The notes beneath the pieces are model-generated. The model saw nothing but the letters and a program-made list of their open reading frames with translations, had not been told where the DNA came from and made no database searches. From NCBI RefSeq assembly GCF_021869535.1, contig NW_026262659.1:2418001-2482000 (forward strand): 64,000 bases of DNA, read 5' to 3'. The DNA comes from Mytilus californianus. Taxonomy: Eukaryota. Positions 25,240 to 37,955 of the stretch are shown here, in pieces (the stretch's first letter is position 1; every line of letters starts with the position of its first letter). The position numbers and the translations under genes are program-made.

Positions 25240-27720
25240 ATCCAGTTCGCATTGGAAAAGATCTTTTCTTAAACTTTCCTTTGCCAACAAAGGTCTCAAT
25301 GGCTTCATCTTTGGCAATATCCGTCATCATAAATTAGTTCAGTCGAAAATACCTCCTAATTTTAAAGATCAGTCTGTACTAATATTTTCTTATACCTATA
25401 TCAAACTAATTGCAACTAAAATTTTCAATTACAAACACGTTTTGCAGAGTCTAAACCTCCTGATGGCACCTGTGCTAGTTCCCAATTCACATATAATCCG
25501 GCTGGCCACGTTATTACCGGAGACCGTAACATTGTCAATAACACTTCCATGCGGAATGTGTTGTCCTAAGGTCCGAAATATCGTGAGCCTCAATCCATCA
25601 ATTGGAAATACAACTTCAAAATACTGATGGATTCAGTCGAGGATTATGCCAGGCAGTGGGCTAAACGTGAGAAAGAAGACATAGATACTCTTTCCGAATG
25701 GATTAAGGCTGTAAGGTTGTTTATACAAATCAGAATTAAGAAACTAAATAACTAAATGGGTCACATGGGTCTATCAATACCCATGCTACATGTAAGTCAA
25801 TCTTTAGAGACCCAAATGTTGCAAAACACTTGACCTACCTCCATTACAAATATGTCGTTGTCCCGGCAGATAAAGCCCATAACAACATCGTTTTTGTGTG
25901 TAAATCTCATTACATAATTTGCTTGATAAATGAATTGGGTATTGCCAATTCACTAGGAAACTCAACATATACCCTCACGACACTTACCAAAGAGGAAATC
26001 CTGGATAATCATAGGTTTGTTCTAATATGTTCCTTTGGTATTTCAACTAAAGATGAAGAACTGCATCTTCCATCACTGTATTGGATACCTAAACTACATA
26101 AGTGTCCTTACAAACAACGGTATATTGCTGTGTCTTCCAAGTGCTCCAAGAAACCTCTATCTAAATTATTAACATCTATTTTATCAGCAATCAAAGCTGG
26201 GCTTCAAAGTTATTGTGAAACTGCCTATTCTAGAGGTGGCGTGAATCAGATGTGGATACTAAAAGATTCTAAATATCTTTTAGAGTACATACAATTTAAG
26301 ACTCTCTCATCTTACAATAGTATTAAAACATTTGACTTTTCTACACTTAACACAAGTATTCCCCATTCCAAACTAAAAGACAAATTGAAAGAGTTGTTAT
26401 TTCTTTGTTTCATAAAAAAGAATGGCGAACGTAGATACAAGTATCTTGTCTTGAGGAGCGACGATAAATCCTACTTCGTAAAGAATCATTCTGATTCAAA
26501 CAAAAAATTCTCTGAAACTGACATTATCAAGATGCTTGATTTCTTGATTGACAACATATTTGTTACGTTTGGAGGACGTGTTTTTCAATAGACTGTCGGT
26601 ATTTCAATGGGAACCAAATGTGCCCCTCTTCTTGCCGACTAGTTTCTTCATTATTATGAGGCTGACTTCATACAGGAACTTCTTAGGAAAAAAGATAAGA
26701 AGTTAGCAATATCCTTTAACTTTACTTTCCGCTATATAGATGATGTTCTCTCACTAAATAATTCAAAATTTGGTGACTATGTTGAACGCATCTACCCCAT
26801 CGAACGAGAGATAAAGGATACAATATACAGTTAAGTCGGCCTCATATCTTGACCTACATCTAGACATTGACAATGGGGGTCGGTTGAAAACAAAACTTTT
26901 AGACAAAAGAGATGATTTCAGCTCCAATTGTGAACTTTCCATTTCTATGTAGCAACATTCCAGCAGCGCGTGCATACGGAGTATTTATCTCCCAATTGAA
27001 CCGATATTCCCGGGCTGGTATTTCCTATCATGATTTCCTAGATAGAGAGTTGCTGCTCACAAGGAAGCTATTAAACCAAGAGTTCCAAATGGTGAAATTG
27101 AAATCATCCCTTCGTAAATTGTACGGACGCCATCACGAGTTGGTTGACCGTTATGGAATAACCGTTTCACAGATGATATCGGATATGTTCCTTATGTCGT
27201 AACTAAAATCCACTTCCCTTTTCACCACGAATTTGAACTACCGCATTAGACTATAATAATTTAATACTAAGGCTTTTCTACCTCAGGAATAGATTACCTT
27301 AGCTGTATTTGGCAAAACTTTTAGGTCCTCAATGCTCTTCAACTTCGTACTTTATTTGGCCTTTTTAATATTTTTTGATTCGAGCGTCACTGATGAGTCT
27401 TTTGTAGACGAAACGCGCGTCTGGCGTAAATATAAAATTTCAATCCTGGTATCTATGATGAGTTTATTTACCGGGTTTGGAATAATATGACCAATACGGC
27501 GGGTGCCCCAGGTGTAGCAGGATCTGCTTACCCTTCCGGAGTATCTGAGATCACCCCCAGTTATTGGTGGGGATCGTGTTGCTTAGTCTTAAGTATTCTA
27601 TGTTGTGTCTTGTGTACTATTATGTGTCTGTTTGTCTTTTTATTTATTAGCCATGGCGTTGTCAGTTTATTTTCGATCTATGAGTTTGACTGTCCCTCTG
27701 GTATCTTTCGCCCCTCTTTA
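25240..27720 (+). mobile_element. 5'-truncated, decayed Penelope-like retroelement (RT; Naiad-like by recall)
   Basis: Broken frames give GHVITGD..KYREP, VPADKAHNN, LPSLYWIPKLHK, GVNQMWILK, FDFSTL, GISMGTKCAP and YIDD (26733-26744), followed by a non-coding 3' tail. No endonuclease is visible. Stops such as the TAG at 26589. Confidence 0.88.
27385..27426 (+). ncRNA. Minimal type I hammerhead ribozyme
   Basis: CGUCA (stem I) CUGAUGA GUC-uuuugua-GAC (stem II) GAA ACGCGCGU (palindromic stem III) C^ UGGCG (stem I); GUC cleavage triplet after 27421. Confidence 0.85.
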
Positions 27721-30410
27721 AGTAATTGGCCGTTCAATCAGAGCTTTTCAAATTTTGATATGTTATTACTAATGACAAAATGGATATAAATTCAATCTTG
27801 ATGATTGTCACTTTTACCGTCCCGCAGTTATAGTCCTTGTGATCTTGAAAAATGTCAGGACACAAATAAAAATAAAAAAAACTAGTTTGCTATCACTCTG
27901 TATATAATCTATTTTAGGTATTCGATGTTAATGATGTTTGTTAGTTTGGAACTTAATAATATTTCCTTTAATGCTATAAATAGATTGATATTTGCCTAAC
28001 TTTTATTAGCAAATAGTTTATGCATGCTTGTCTTTGACGAAAAACAAATGCACCCCTTAATCCAATATATATAGTAGGATATGTAAGGCAGTGTTGACTG
28101 GTTTGATGGGCGGGAAATAGACTGTCACTGAGAAAGGAAAGTATGTTGGAAAAGCACAGTAATAATGTCTTGCAACAGGCAACTTACAACCCATCAAAAG
28201 AGTTGTATCGGCTTGGTGATATAGTGAATGATAATAACACTTTCTTAATGTCGTGTGTCGCACTGTTCATACCTGTCACTATTTGCGGGGGATTTCCCCC
28301 ATGGAGGCTCCCAAATGGAAATTTTGAAAGAGCAATTTTGTCCACAATTTTAAACAAAACAACTAATTTTACAATGGCTATAGACTTGTAAAAGTATGAA
28401 GAAGCCAAAAAAAAAATATTAAAATGTATTTGAAGGCCCCCTTGAAAGTTTTGTAAGTCTATGAGAGCCAACTTATACGTAAAACCCCCATGGGCATTCT
28501 GAAAAGTCGGCAGGTATGACTGTTCTGGGTTTAACTTTATTTGAACGCTCAAACCAAACATTTGTACATCGATGTTTTATTGTTCCAAATGACAAAAGGA
28601 TAATAAACAGATTTTACATCTAAGGAAGGTCTTTTCCAAAATGACTAAACTAGCATTGGTTAATTAATATTTAAATAACACATGACAAAAATATAGAATT
28701 ACCAAAATTAGAACGCTGACATCACGTACGGTTGTATATTGCACTATCAGACTATGATATTTAATAGGTTATCGATAATGTATCACCCCACACAAGTAGC
28801 CGTCAATGATTTAGATATTCTTTAACTCTTGTGAACTGTTTAAGATTTCAAAGTGTTTTCTCAAATTAGTATTATATCATAAAATAAACAAATGATTATA
28901 AATGAATTGTTGAATATCCAAAAACATTTGATTTCATCAAGTGGTCGATACACATGTTGAAATCGACTCTATTTTTAAAAGAAATACAAACACTATTGTT
29001 ACTGCTTGTTTGAAATTTTGAATTATCGCTTCCTTTTCAGTTATGATGGTTTTTTAAATTGTGTCATACAACCCCAAAGGTTTTCTAATTTGACTGGCAT
29101 CGTTACTTATGCCAATAAATTAGAAATCTGATAACAAATTCAATTAATTAAACAAAGTTGTTGTAGTCGTTTGTTGTTAACAAAATGTTTGATATTTCAA
29201 ACAGTCTGGAACATGACAGTGAATGCAGATAAAATAAAATCGGTAAATAGCAAAGATTTGTGCTAGTGATCATGGTCATCATATAAATTTAAAGGATACA
29301 CGAATCGTAATATCAAACTGAAATCTTTAGCCGTAAAAAAAGGAGTAGTTATATATAAAAGAGAATTTAAAAAAAAATCGAACATATAGATTGTTATCTA
29401 ACAAAATAGAAAAAAATGTAACATCCGTTTGAAGTTCTTCTTGATAACCCCAGCTTCTAACAAACAACAGACTTCAACTGTTACTGAAAATAACCGAGCC
29501 TTCTGTTATTACATGTTTCAAGTGGTTCCAACTCTCCTATTTATATAGGAATTTAATGTGCCCAAATTATAATAGTTAAAGTATTGTTTTCTTGTTAAAT
29601 TAGGATGCCACATAGGAACTCTGTGATAAAGGCTACTTAAAACACACAAATGAGCTTGAATATACCTACGAAATTCATTAATATTGAAAAACTCTTATTA
29701 TAAAATACTGTTTAGGCTGTCGTAGGTTTGTAACATTCTGTAATAAATACTTTGAATAGAAGCTTTGATTTGATAGATCTCAAAATCAAAATGTAAATAC
29801 TATATGTATATTATTTACTATCAAAAGGTTTATTTTCTTAATTTTTATATTTGATAGAGAAAGGCAACATCAGTGTAGCGATGTTCTGTAGTCATAAATC
29901 GATTAAGCGAAAACAAATCTTGGTCACAAACAAAAGCTTCCTTAAATGACACAGACAAAAATGTAAACTGAGAAAAATACACAGATGGTATGATATCAAG
30001 ACATCAGAATTTACATAGTTATTGTTAGAACCTCTATAGAATTACGTTCCGTTCATTAAGTTTCAGATTGTTAGTATAAAGCTAAGCAAAAAAATCTACG
30101 TAACTTATTATATCAATGACAAACATCATTATAATGAAAATAACATAAAAGTTTATTATTATTATTATTATTTATATTATTATTATCATTATTTACGGCC
30201 TCTACCATAATTGTGTAGACCGATATGGGAAATCTATGTCTCAGATGAATTCAGATATGTTCCATTGGTCGTAACTTCAATAAATGTCTCTTTACCTTGA
30301 ATCACTTATTTTTTCAAATCGATAAACAAGTTCCTCACGTTGAGCTCTCGATGGGGTGCTTGTTTCTCTGTAATTTTTGTTTATGTCCTTTAGTCGTTTT
30401 AATTTTTGGG

Positions 30411-30414
<4 letters not shown>

Positions 30415-30468
<54 letters not shown>
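30415..30468. repeat. (CT)27 microsatellite
   Basis: Read directly. Confidence 0.95.
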
Positions 30469-30472
<4 letters not shown>

Positions 30473-30720
30473 AAACTATTCCTTCCAATTACCAAAGTAC
30501 TTATAACTTATTGTTTTATCAGTTTGTTAATCATTAGTTATGATATTAGTTTGTTAATCAAAAATGCTTATATACATTTAAAAAAAGAAAATGTGTTATG
30601 GTATCCAATGAGACAACTCTTTACAAGAGACCAAATGACACAAATACATTCAGTGTTCATTGTGGTCTATACATGTTGATAGACACACGATCCTTGTTTA
30701 AAACTAGTAGTTCTTTTGTT

Positions 30721-32440
30721 TCATTGTGGTCTATAGATGTTGATAGACACACGATCGTTGTTTAAAACTAACAGTTCTTTTGTTTCATTGTTGAACGACA
30801 AACTTATCGGTCGGTAAACACCATCATCTACAGTCATGACAATACCCGGTTTTTGGTTATTGTTGAACAGTTTATGTATGTTGTTTGATGTTTTCTCAGC
30901 TACATATACATCCCCACGATCGTCTACGGCAATCCCTTCAATACCTTTCAAGTCAGGACTCTTGCTTATCTCACGTTCTTTTCCATCTGACGTTATAACG
31001 TGGACCTTTTCTCCGTCGGTATAATATACATCACCTTCTTTATTAGCACATATTTCCAAAGGATCTAATGTTGTCTTTATTGTAGTAAGAATTGTACCAT
31101 TGATATCAACTTTGATTAGAGTCCTGCGTTGATTTTTTATCCAGATATACTCCTTTGCACTAGCTATTCCACTACAAATTCCCTTGAGTGGGATTTTCTT
31201 TCCAGGTCTTAATGATGTAAGGTCGATGACCTGGATACCGTCGTTTCCAACAGAAACTAAAGCTTGATTATTGTCGTACAACGTAATACGTTTTGGTATA
31301 TAATCCAAAGTAATGGCCTTGGAGTTGGATCCATCAAGTTTACAGACAAACAGTTTTTTATCCATGTTGTGACAAAGGAGTATCCTGTCATTTGGAATGA
31401 AGCAACCTCCTGAAATTTCAAGGCAATAATCTAATTTCCTGGTCAGGAATGAGTTGGTCAACATCAACTTTCTCTGGTCTCTGACAACAAACTGACCTCC
31501 TTGATCGCTATTCGGTCTAGTCGTTGGTACTGGTACATTTTCTCCTTTTTGTGATACGGATTTGCGACTAAGATACTGGGCTTCTTGATCAATGTTTAGT
31601 TCAGGCATTGGAACTGAAACCTCCTCTATGTTGATGGTACCTAAGTCTGGTAGCATTTTATCCATTTTTGACTCTAGCACTGAAGGCAGAAACTTTATGG
31701 TTGGAAAAGTTTCCTTTTGCAATTTTCTGATTTCGGAATCTGTCTCATTAGTTTCCTTTTCAATAAATTTTACCGACTGAAATAAATGGATTTCAGATGT
31801 GTTTTGTTTCAGAGACTTAAGATCGCGTTTCCATGAAGTCATTGAGGTAGCACTAGCTTGAAGGCTCGTTCATTTTGTTGTCAACGTATCGTTGCATTGT
31901 TCATACTTAGAATCAATATCTTTGTGTATATCTGCTTCTAAATTATTCAAACGATCTACCAATTTCTGTTTGATTTCCGACACTCTATTTTTGAATTTAA
32001 TTTGACTTTCTTTTAAGGTTTTTTGTTTTTCCTCAATTTGACTTAGCATCTTTTCAGAAACTTGATTCAGGTTGTTCATTCTTATCTCTAGGCCAGACAT
32101 GGCTGTTCCATCTTTAACGCCATTTGCAGCTTTTATTGATGATGTAATAGATTTGCAATTCTGATGCGATTCAATTTGACATGAATCGCAAATCATCTTG
32201 TCATGTTGACCACAGAACAGTACTAGACTCTCAGAAGGATGCTGCTTGCAGTTCTTTGACATTTTAAAAAAAGAAGAACTGACTTGTCGTATCGTTGCCA
32301 TTGGTAAAACCGTATGAGGTGGGAGCATCTTTTTGTGAGATTTTGAACATGTCTTACACAAAAATTGTCTGCATTCAAAGTTGCTGCACCAGGATTGTGC
32401 TTCATTCTCACAACTCTCACAATATTCACCGTCTGACTTC
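30721..32440 (-). pseudogene. B-box / coiled-coil / NHL-like beta-propeller TRIM-related gene (RING-less) with one in-frame TGA at 31872-31870
   Basis: B-box1 CESC..WC..C..LCKTC..SH, B-box2 CKQH..LFCGQHDKMICDSC..SH..C, a heptad-rich region, then propeller repeats (EICANKEGDVYYTD, GIAVDDRGDVYVAE). ORFs 31870-32544 and 30721-31842 share one frame. Acceptor ttccag lies at 32442-32441. Confidence 0.8.
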
Positions 32441-32508
32441 CTGGAATTAAAATAAATATAAAACCCAATTAGTAAAAAGAGTTGGAAAGTTTGTTCTCTA
32501 ACAGCTAC

Positions 32509-32640
32509 ATCTTTCGAATTTTTAAGTATCCACATCTGATTCACGCAGAACCTAGGGTATGTAGTTTCACAATAACTTTGAAGCCCGGCTTTGATCGCCG
32601 ATCAATTTGGTGTTAATAATTAAGAAAGGGGTTTCGGACG
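32509..32640 (-). mobile_element. Internal RT fragment of the Penelope-like element just upstream of the TRIM-like exon
   Basis: Matches 26150-26275 (atcaaagc.gggcttcaaagttattgtgaaact..gtgaatcagatgtggatact). Confidence 0.8.
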
Positions 32641-35600
32641 CATGCATTTTATAGACTGACAAGTTTTACCATTTCAACGTATTAAGCATTGCTTTGATCT
32701 CGTTTTGTTCATCCTCTTTCCGTATTATGAAGGCTGCCGTGCATTTTCTTGTCAGTCTTTCACAATGTCGGGATCTGGAGGTGGACGTTAAGTACCACTT
32801 TGAAACTTATAACAGTTTCTACTGATGTTATTTTGTATACCACTTCATCAACGACGATGAATCGTGTGCAGCTCAAATAAGTATTGCATGATCTACAGAT
32901 TATGTTCTGCATTGGACCCGTATAGTGATTGAAGTTACTAACTCGATCACATTGCAAGGATGGTGCCCATGAGTTTGTTAGATGGGTTCGACAAACTCCT
33001 GATGTGGTTTAAATTGTGGATGCGAAAACTATTTTGCTAGAATGTCAATTATTTTCTTACTTATCTGAGAATGAAATGGTATGTAAAAAATATTATATTT
33101 TCCCTTTTAAATATAATCTTACTCTAAAACATTTGAAAATTTTGATTGTAAACTCGTCTCGTGAAAAACCTTACTGAAAAAGAGAGGCGAAAGATACCAA
33201 ATGGACATGGAACGTCTACAAACAAGACAACTTATAATTAAATCTGGTCAGTTGCTTTGTTCTTAAAATTTCCCTTTAGTATCGGCCGCCTCTTTTTTTA
33301 AACCATTTCTAAGAAATAATTCACATACCAAATTATAGTGTCCGTATTAAATAATTACTTCATTTCCTGAACGATAATAAAGAATTTGAATCAGGGATGA
33401 CCCAAACAGATTAAGATTTAAAACAAAAAAGAAACAAATGTATTCAAGTTTAGATTTAATCTATGGTTTGCTATTTTACTGGCTATAAAACACAATAACT
33501 AAAATCCCTTAAAGTATATAATTGTTTCGTTATTCAAGGAACAACATTTTTCACGTTAACTGATTTCTTTATATGTTGTGAATTATTTTTTTTCATTTGA
33601 GAATGTTCTGGTAGACACCATTTAATGATATTGTAATTAACAAATAAAGGCCTCAACTTTCTGAGAGATTTCGACAGGCCATACCATCTTTCTGTTGAAT
33701 GTAACATTATTTTGCAGATATGTTTGTTAAAAAAAGTAATAACAAAAATACCGAACTCCAAGGAAAATTCAAAACAGAAAGTCCCTTATCAAATGGCAAA
33801 ATTAAAAGCTCAAACACATCAAACGAATGAAAAACAACTGTCATATTCCTGACTTGTTACAGGCATTTCTTTATGTAGGAAATGGTGGATTGAACCTGGT
33901 TTTAAAGATATAGCTAAACCTCTCACTTGTATGACAGTCGCACAAAATTCCATTATATTGACAACAATGTGTAAACAAAACAAACAGACATACTTCAGGG
34001 TGTTAAAATATCCATATCTATGGATATGAACGTAGATAACTTATAATATATTCTTTGCTGTATTGCTCATTTCTTACTGCAAGGTTAATTAAGGTCAAGT
34101 TTTTTTCTGACTGTTTATGACGTCTTTACACTAAATCCATTGGATGTTAGATGTGTAATGATTGATAATTTAGTCTTAGATGCATGATTTTTTTATTAGT
34201 TGTTATTGGCTTTGAACTAGCTGTCAGTAACTGCGAGTACTCTCAGATCTGTGCTAATTGTTGAAGGCCGTACGGTGACCTATAGTTGTCAATTTCTGTG
34301 TCATTTGGTCTCTTGTGAAGAGTTGTCTCATTAGCAATCATACCACATATTCTTTTTTATATATAATAGATAAAAATGCCACAAAAGGGGTTACAGCTGT
34401 TAACATTGTATTATAATCTTAACCACCACAAAACAAGCAAATATGCCAACAACAAAAAACAAAACAAAATGGCATATAGAATAAGCACACAAACAAAAAG
34501 AAATTGATATTTTAGTCTTAGATGCATGATTGTTTTTTAATAGTTGTTATTGGCTTTGAACTAGCTGTCAGTAACTGCGAGTACTCTCAGATCTGTACTT
34601 GGTGTCTTTTTGTTGTGGGAATGTATAAGTACCCTGCCACGTCAACTCTTTGTTTTTGTTAGATGTATTTCTGCTTTGTATCAATCTGATGAGTTAAGCC
34701 CTTTTCAAATGATTTTTATAATTTGTTCTTATATTGTACTGTTATACCACTGTCCCGAGTAAGGGGAGGGTGGACGCGCCTTCAAACTAGTTTAACCCCA
34801 CCACATTCTGTATGTGCCTGTCCCAAGTCAGAAGCCTGTAATTCAGTGATTGTTGTATGTTGATGTATATCATATTTATTTTTCATTCATTATTTTGTAC
34901 ATAAATCAGGGCGTTAGTTTTATCGTTTTAATTGTTTTACATTTGTCATTTCGCGGCCTTTTCAAGTATAGCTGACTATGCGGTATGGGTTTTACTCATT
35001 GTTGAAGGCCGTACGGTGACCTATAGTTGTTAATTTCTGTGTCGTTTGGTCTCTTGTGGAGAGTTGTCTCATTATAGCAATCATACAACATCTTTTTAAT
35101 TTTATAGCACAATAACACAATGGCGGGATGTATAAGTACCTAGCCACGTCAAAAGGATATTACCAAAAATGGAAATTTTATATCTTCAGCTTCAAGTAAT
35201 TTTAACATAAAATCCTCCTAAATTTATATTTGTTTGAATAAACACAAATATGGTTAGCCATACCGAAATCAAATGATATAATAATGAAATTCGAATTAAG
35301 GTTCATAATGCACAGCTATTACAATAGTGGGACAAGAAGGGTTGATCTGATTAGATGAAATTTGTAGCAGGTTTGACTGTTATTAAGTATATATATATAT
35401 ATATATATAAAATAATTGTCAAGCTGTAGTCAACACAATTAGCGTCATTTTTGTTGTTAAATAAAATAATAAATGTCTCAATGTCTGATAATAAAAGAAG
35501 GTTCATTATAACGTAGAGCTTCTTTTAACCATAATATGTTTGAGATCTGCATACAAAGACCATGGCATTATAAATGATATGAAGTTCACCTTACTTGAGA

Positions 35601-36553
35601 CCAGTGTTAGTTAAAACATGTTCTATTGTAAATTTCCTTAAAGTAGATCAGTGCTTTTAAAATATATCTCAAATATATTCTACGTCTGTCCATACCGAAC
35701 ATATCGGACATTATTTATATATGAGATTGACACACAGCTTATTTATTTTTCAATATATCAATTTTTTTTATCTTTAATTGTATTTGTGTTTTTACATGTA
35801 GTAATGACCAGTAATATTTTGGACCGTCAGCTACTTTATACAAATATGGTTGCTCCTAGTGTACACCTGCTTAGACAATAATATATTCTATTAATCTTTT
35901 AAATTCAAAGAATAATCTGGATGCATATAAACGTTGAACGAGAGATAAATGTAGCGGTTTGAATATAAAAATTACAAAATGATCAGAAACCTCTAACTGT
36001 GAAAGATATAAGAAATGAAGAACTAGTGTTGTAAATTGATAAATTAGAATTGAAAAAAAATGAATAAGAAAACGTACCAAAACTTTGGACATATTTTTCT
36101 CATCATTGTTCTCCGATTTTATAAATTTGAGATCGAAAAAGTGAGACGCTTTTTATCGTCGTTGCCATGTTTCAAATGGTAGATTTAGGTTAAAATAATA
36201 CACTTAAACAATTATATAAAAAGAAAGGTGTATAATTATATAATTGTTCCTATCATTTGTTAAAGTTCGGATATAGAAAATTCTGAAATAATGATATATT
36301 GTACATGTCGAGAATAAATGAACAACTCTCGATTAACAGTAAATTTAAAGTATAACATATAAAGTTAGCTCTAACTGATGCTACTTACACTCTCTGCTTT
36401 TTTAACCCTTTCAACATTTTCAGTATTGATGATAATCAGATTTAGTTTCCTATTTAAGTTTCGGTGGGTTTTTCCATTGATTAAAGGGAGATTATCGAGG
36501 TCTTCTAAAAGTAATTGTGGTATCTCGAACCTAAATTATACCAAATATATATA

Positions 36554-36666
36554 TGAGGGGCGTAAAGGGGAGAGGGGGGGGGGGGGGGTATCTGCACGGA
36601 AGAACGCTGCACGTGAAATAAAAATGGCAAAACACGTTGCACGAAAATAACCCTTTACCACCCTCA
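36554..36666. mobile_element. Internally deleted copy of the 15417-15621 MITE, inverted
   Basis: TGAGGGG..CCCTCA termini flanked by TATA; the interior matches the reverse complement of both ends of the 15.4-kb copy. Confidence 0.75.
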
Positions 36667-36833
36667 TATATATTTTCTTTGACTTAATTAAGCGAGGATT
36701 TTTTTATAAAACATACGACGTTTATACATCAGAGACACTCATAGTAGATCCAATTTTTTTCAAGTTACGCTGAAACTCTGTCAGTAAAATTTCTACATGA
36801 TCGTAGCTTATTTCAAAGAAGTTAGCAGTATAT

Positions 36834-37955
36834 GATGTTCTCTCACTAAATAATTCAAAATTTGGTGACTATGTTGAACGCATCTATCCCATCGAACTTG
36901 AGATAAAGGATACAACAGATACAATTGATGTAAGAATAAGAAGATGTGGTATGAATGCCAATGAGACAAATCTCAACAAGAGACCAAATGACACAGAAAT
37001 TAACAACAATAGGTCACCGTACGGCCTTCAACAATGAGTGAAACCCATACCACATAGTCAGCTATAAAAGGCTCCGAAATGACAAATGTAAAACAATTCA
37101 AACGAGAAAACTAACGGCCTGATTTATGTACAAAATAATGAACGAAAAACAAATATGATATACAGCAACACACCACAACCACTGAATTACAGGCTCTTGA
37201 CTTGGGGCAGGCACATACAGAATGTGGTGGGGTTAAACTAGTTTTTAAGCGCGCCAACCCTCCCCTAACCTGGGACAGTGGTGTAACAGTACAGTAAGTC
37301 TGCCTCATATCTTGACTTACATCTAGAAATTGACAACGAGGGTCGTTTGAAAACAAAACTTTACCACAAAAGAGATAAATTGTGAACTTTCCATTTTGAT
37401 GTAGCAACAGTCCAACAATTTACAGCGCCTGCATACGGAGTATATATCTCTCAGTTGATACGACATTCCAGGGCTTGTATTTCCTATCATGATTTCCTTG
37501 ATAGAGAGTTGCTGCTGACAAGAAAGCTATTAAACCAAGAGTTCCAGGTGGTGAAAATGAGATCATCACTTCGTAAATTTTACGGACGCCATCACGAGTT
37601 GGTTGACCATTATAGAAAATCCGTTTCACAGATGACAGCAGATATGTTCCGACTGTCTTAACTTCAATCCCGTCCCTTTTCCCCGAATGAGACCTACCGA
37701 ACTAGACTTATTATAGGGTTTGTACTAACACAAGCAACACGACGGGTGCCACATGTGGAGCAGGATCTGCTTACCCTTCCGGGGAACATGAGATCACCAC
37801 CAGTTTTTGGTGGGGTTCGTGTTGCTCAGTCTTTAGGTTTCTATGTTGTGTTTTGTGTACTATTGTTTGTCTGTTGGTCTTTTACATTTTTAGCCATGGC
37901 GTTGTCAGTTTATTTTCTACTTATGAGTTTGAATGTCCCTTTAGTATCTTTTGCC
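36834..37955 (+). mobile_element. Second, shorter Penelope-like 3' fragment, split by a ~360-bp SINE-like insertion (~36930-37290)
   Basis: Matches 26744-26830, resumes at the equivalent of ~26830 after the insert, then continues through the RT C-terminus and 3' tail. Confidence 0.85.

Noticed and set aside
27487-27789. Short ORFs in Penelope tails (also 37746-38081, 5437-5712, 19598-19903, 53546-53872)
   Set aside because: They are translations of the same non-coding repeat tail, with inconsistent frames between copies.
28050-28561. Cluster of short ORFs with slightly higher GC
   Set aside because: No recognisable domain or consistent splice sites; it may be a decayed exon, but I cannot support a call.
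31870-31872. In-frame TGA as selenocysteine
   Set aside because: It lies in the coiled-coil region, not at a Cys-equivalent position, and I recognised no SECIS; a nonsense change or error is simpler.
32700-33030. Possible decayed LINE RT C-terminus or upstream exon of the TRIM-like gene
   Set aside because: Only faint motif echoes (ASTI..KPH, VQ.R) across broken frames; too weak to call.
34684-34720. CTGATGAGTTAAGCC motif (also ~58940) as a hammerhead core
   Set aside because: It lacks the GAAA strand and supporting helices; it is part of a common dispersed repeat.
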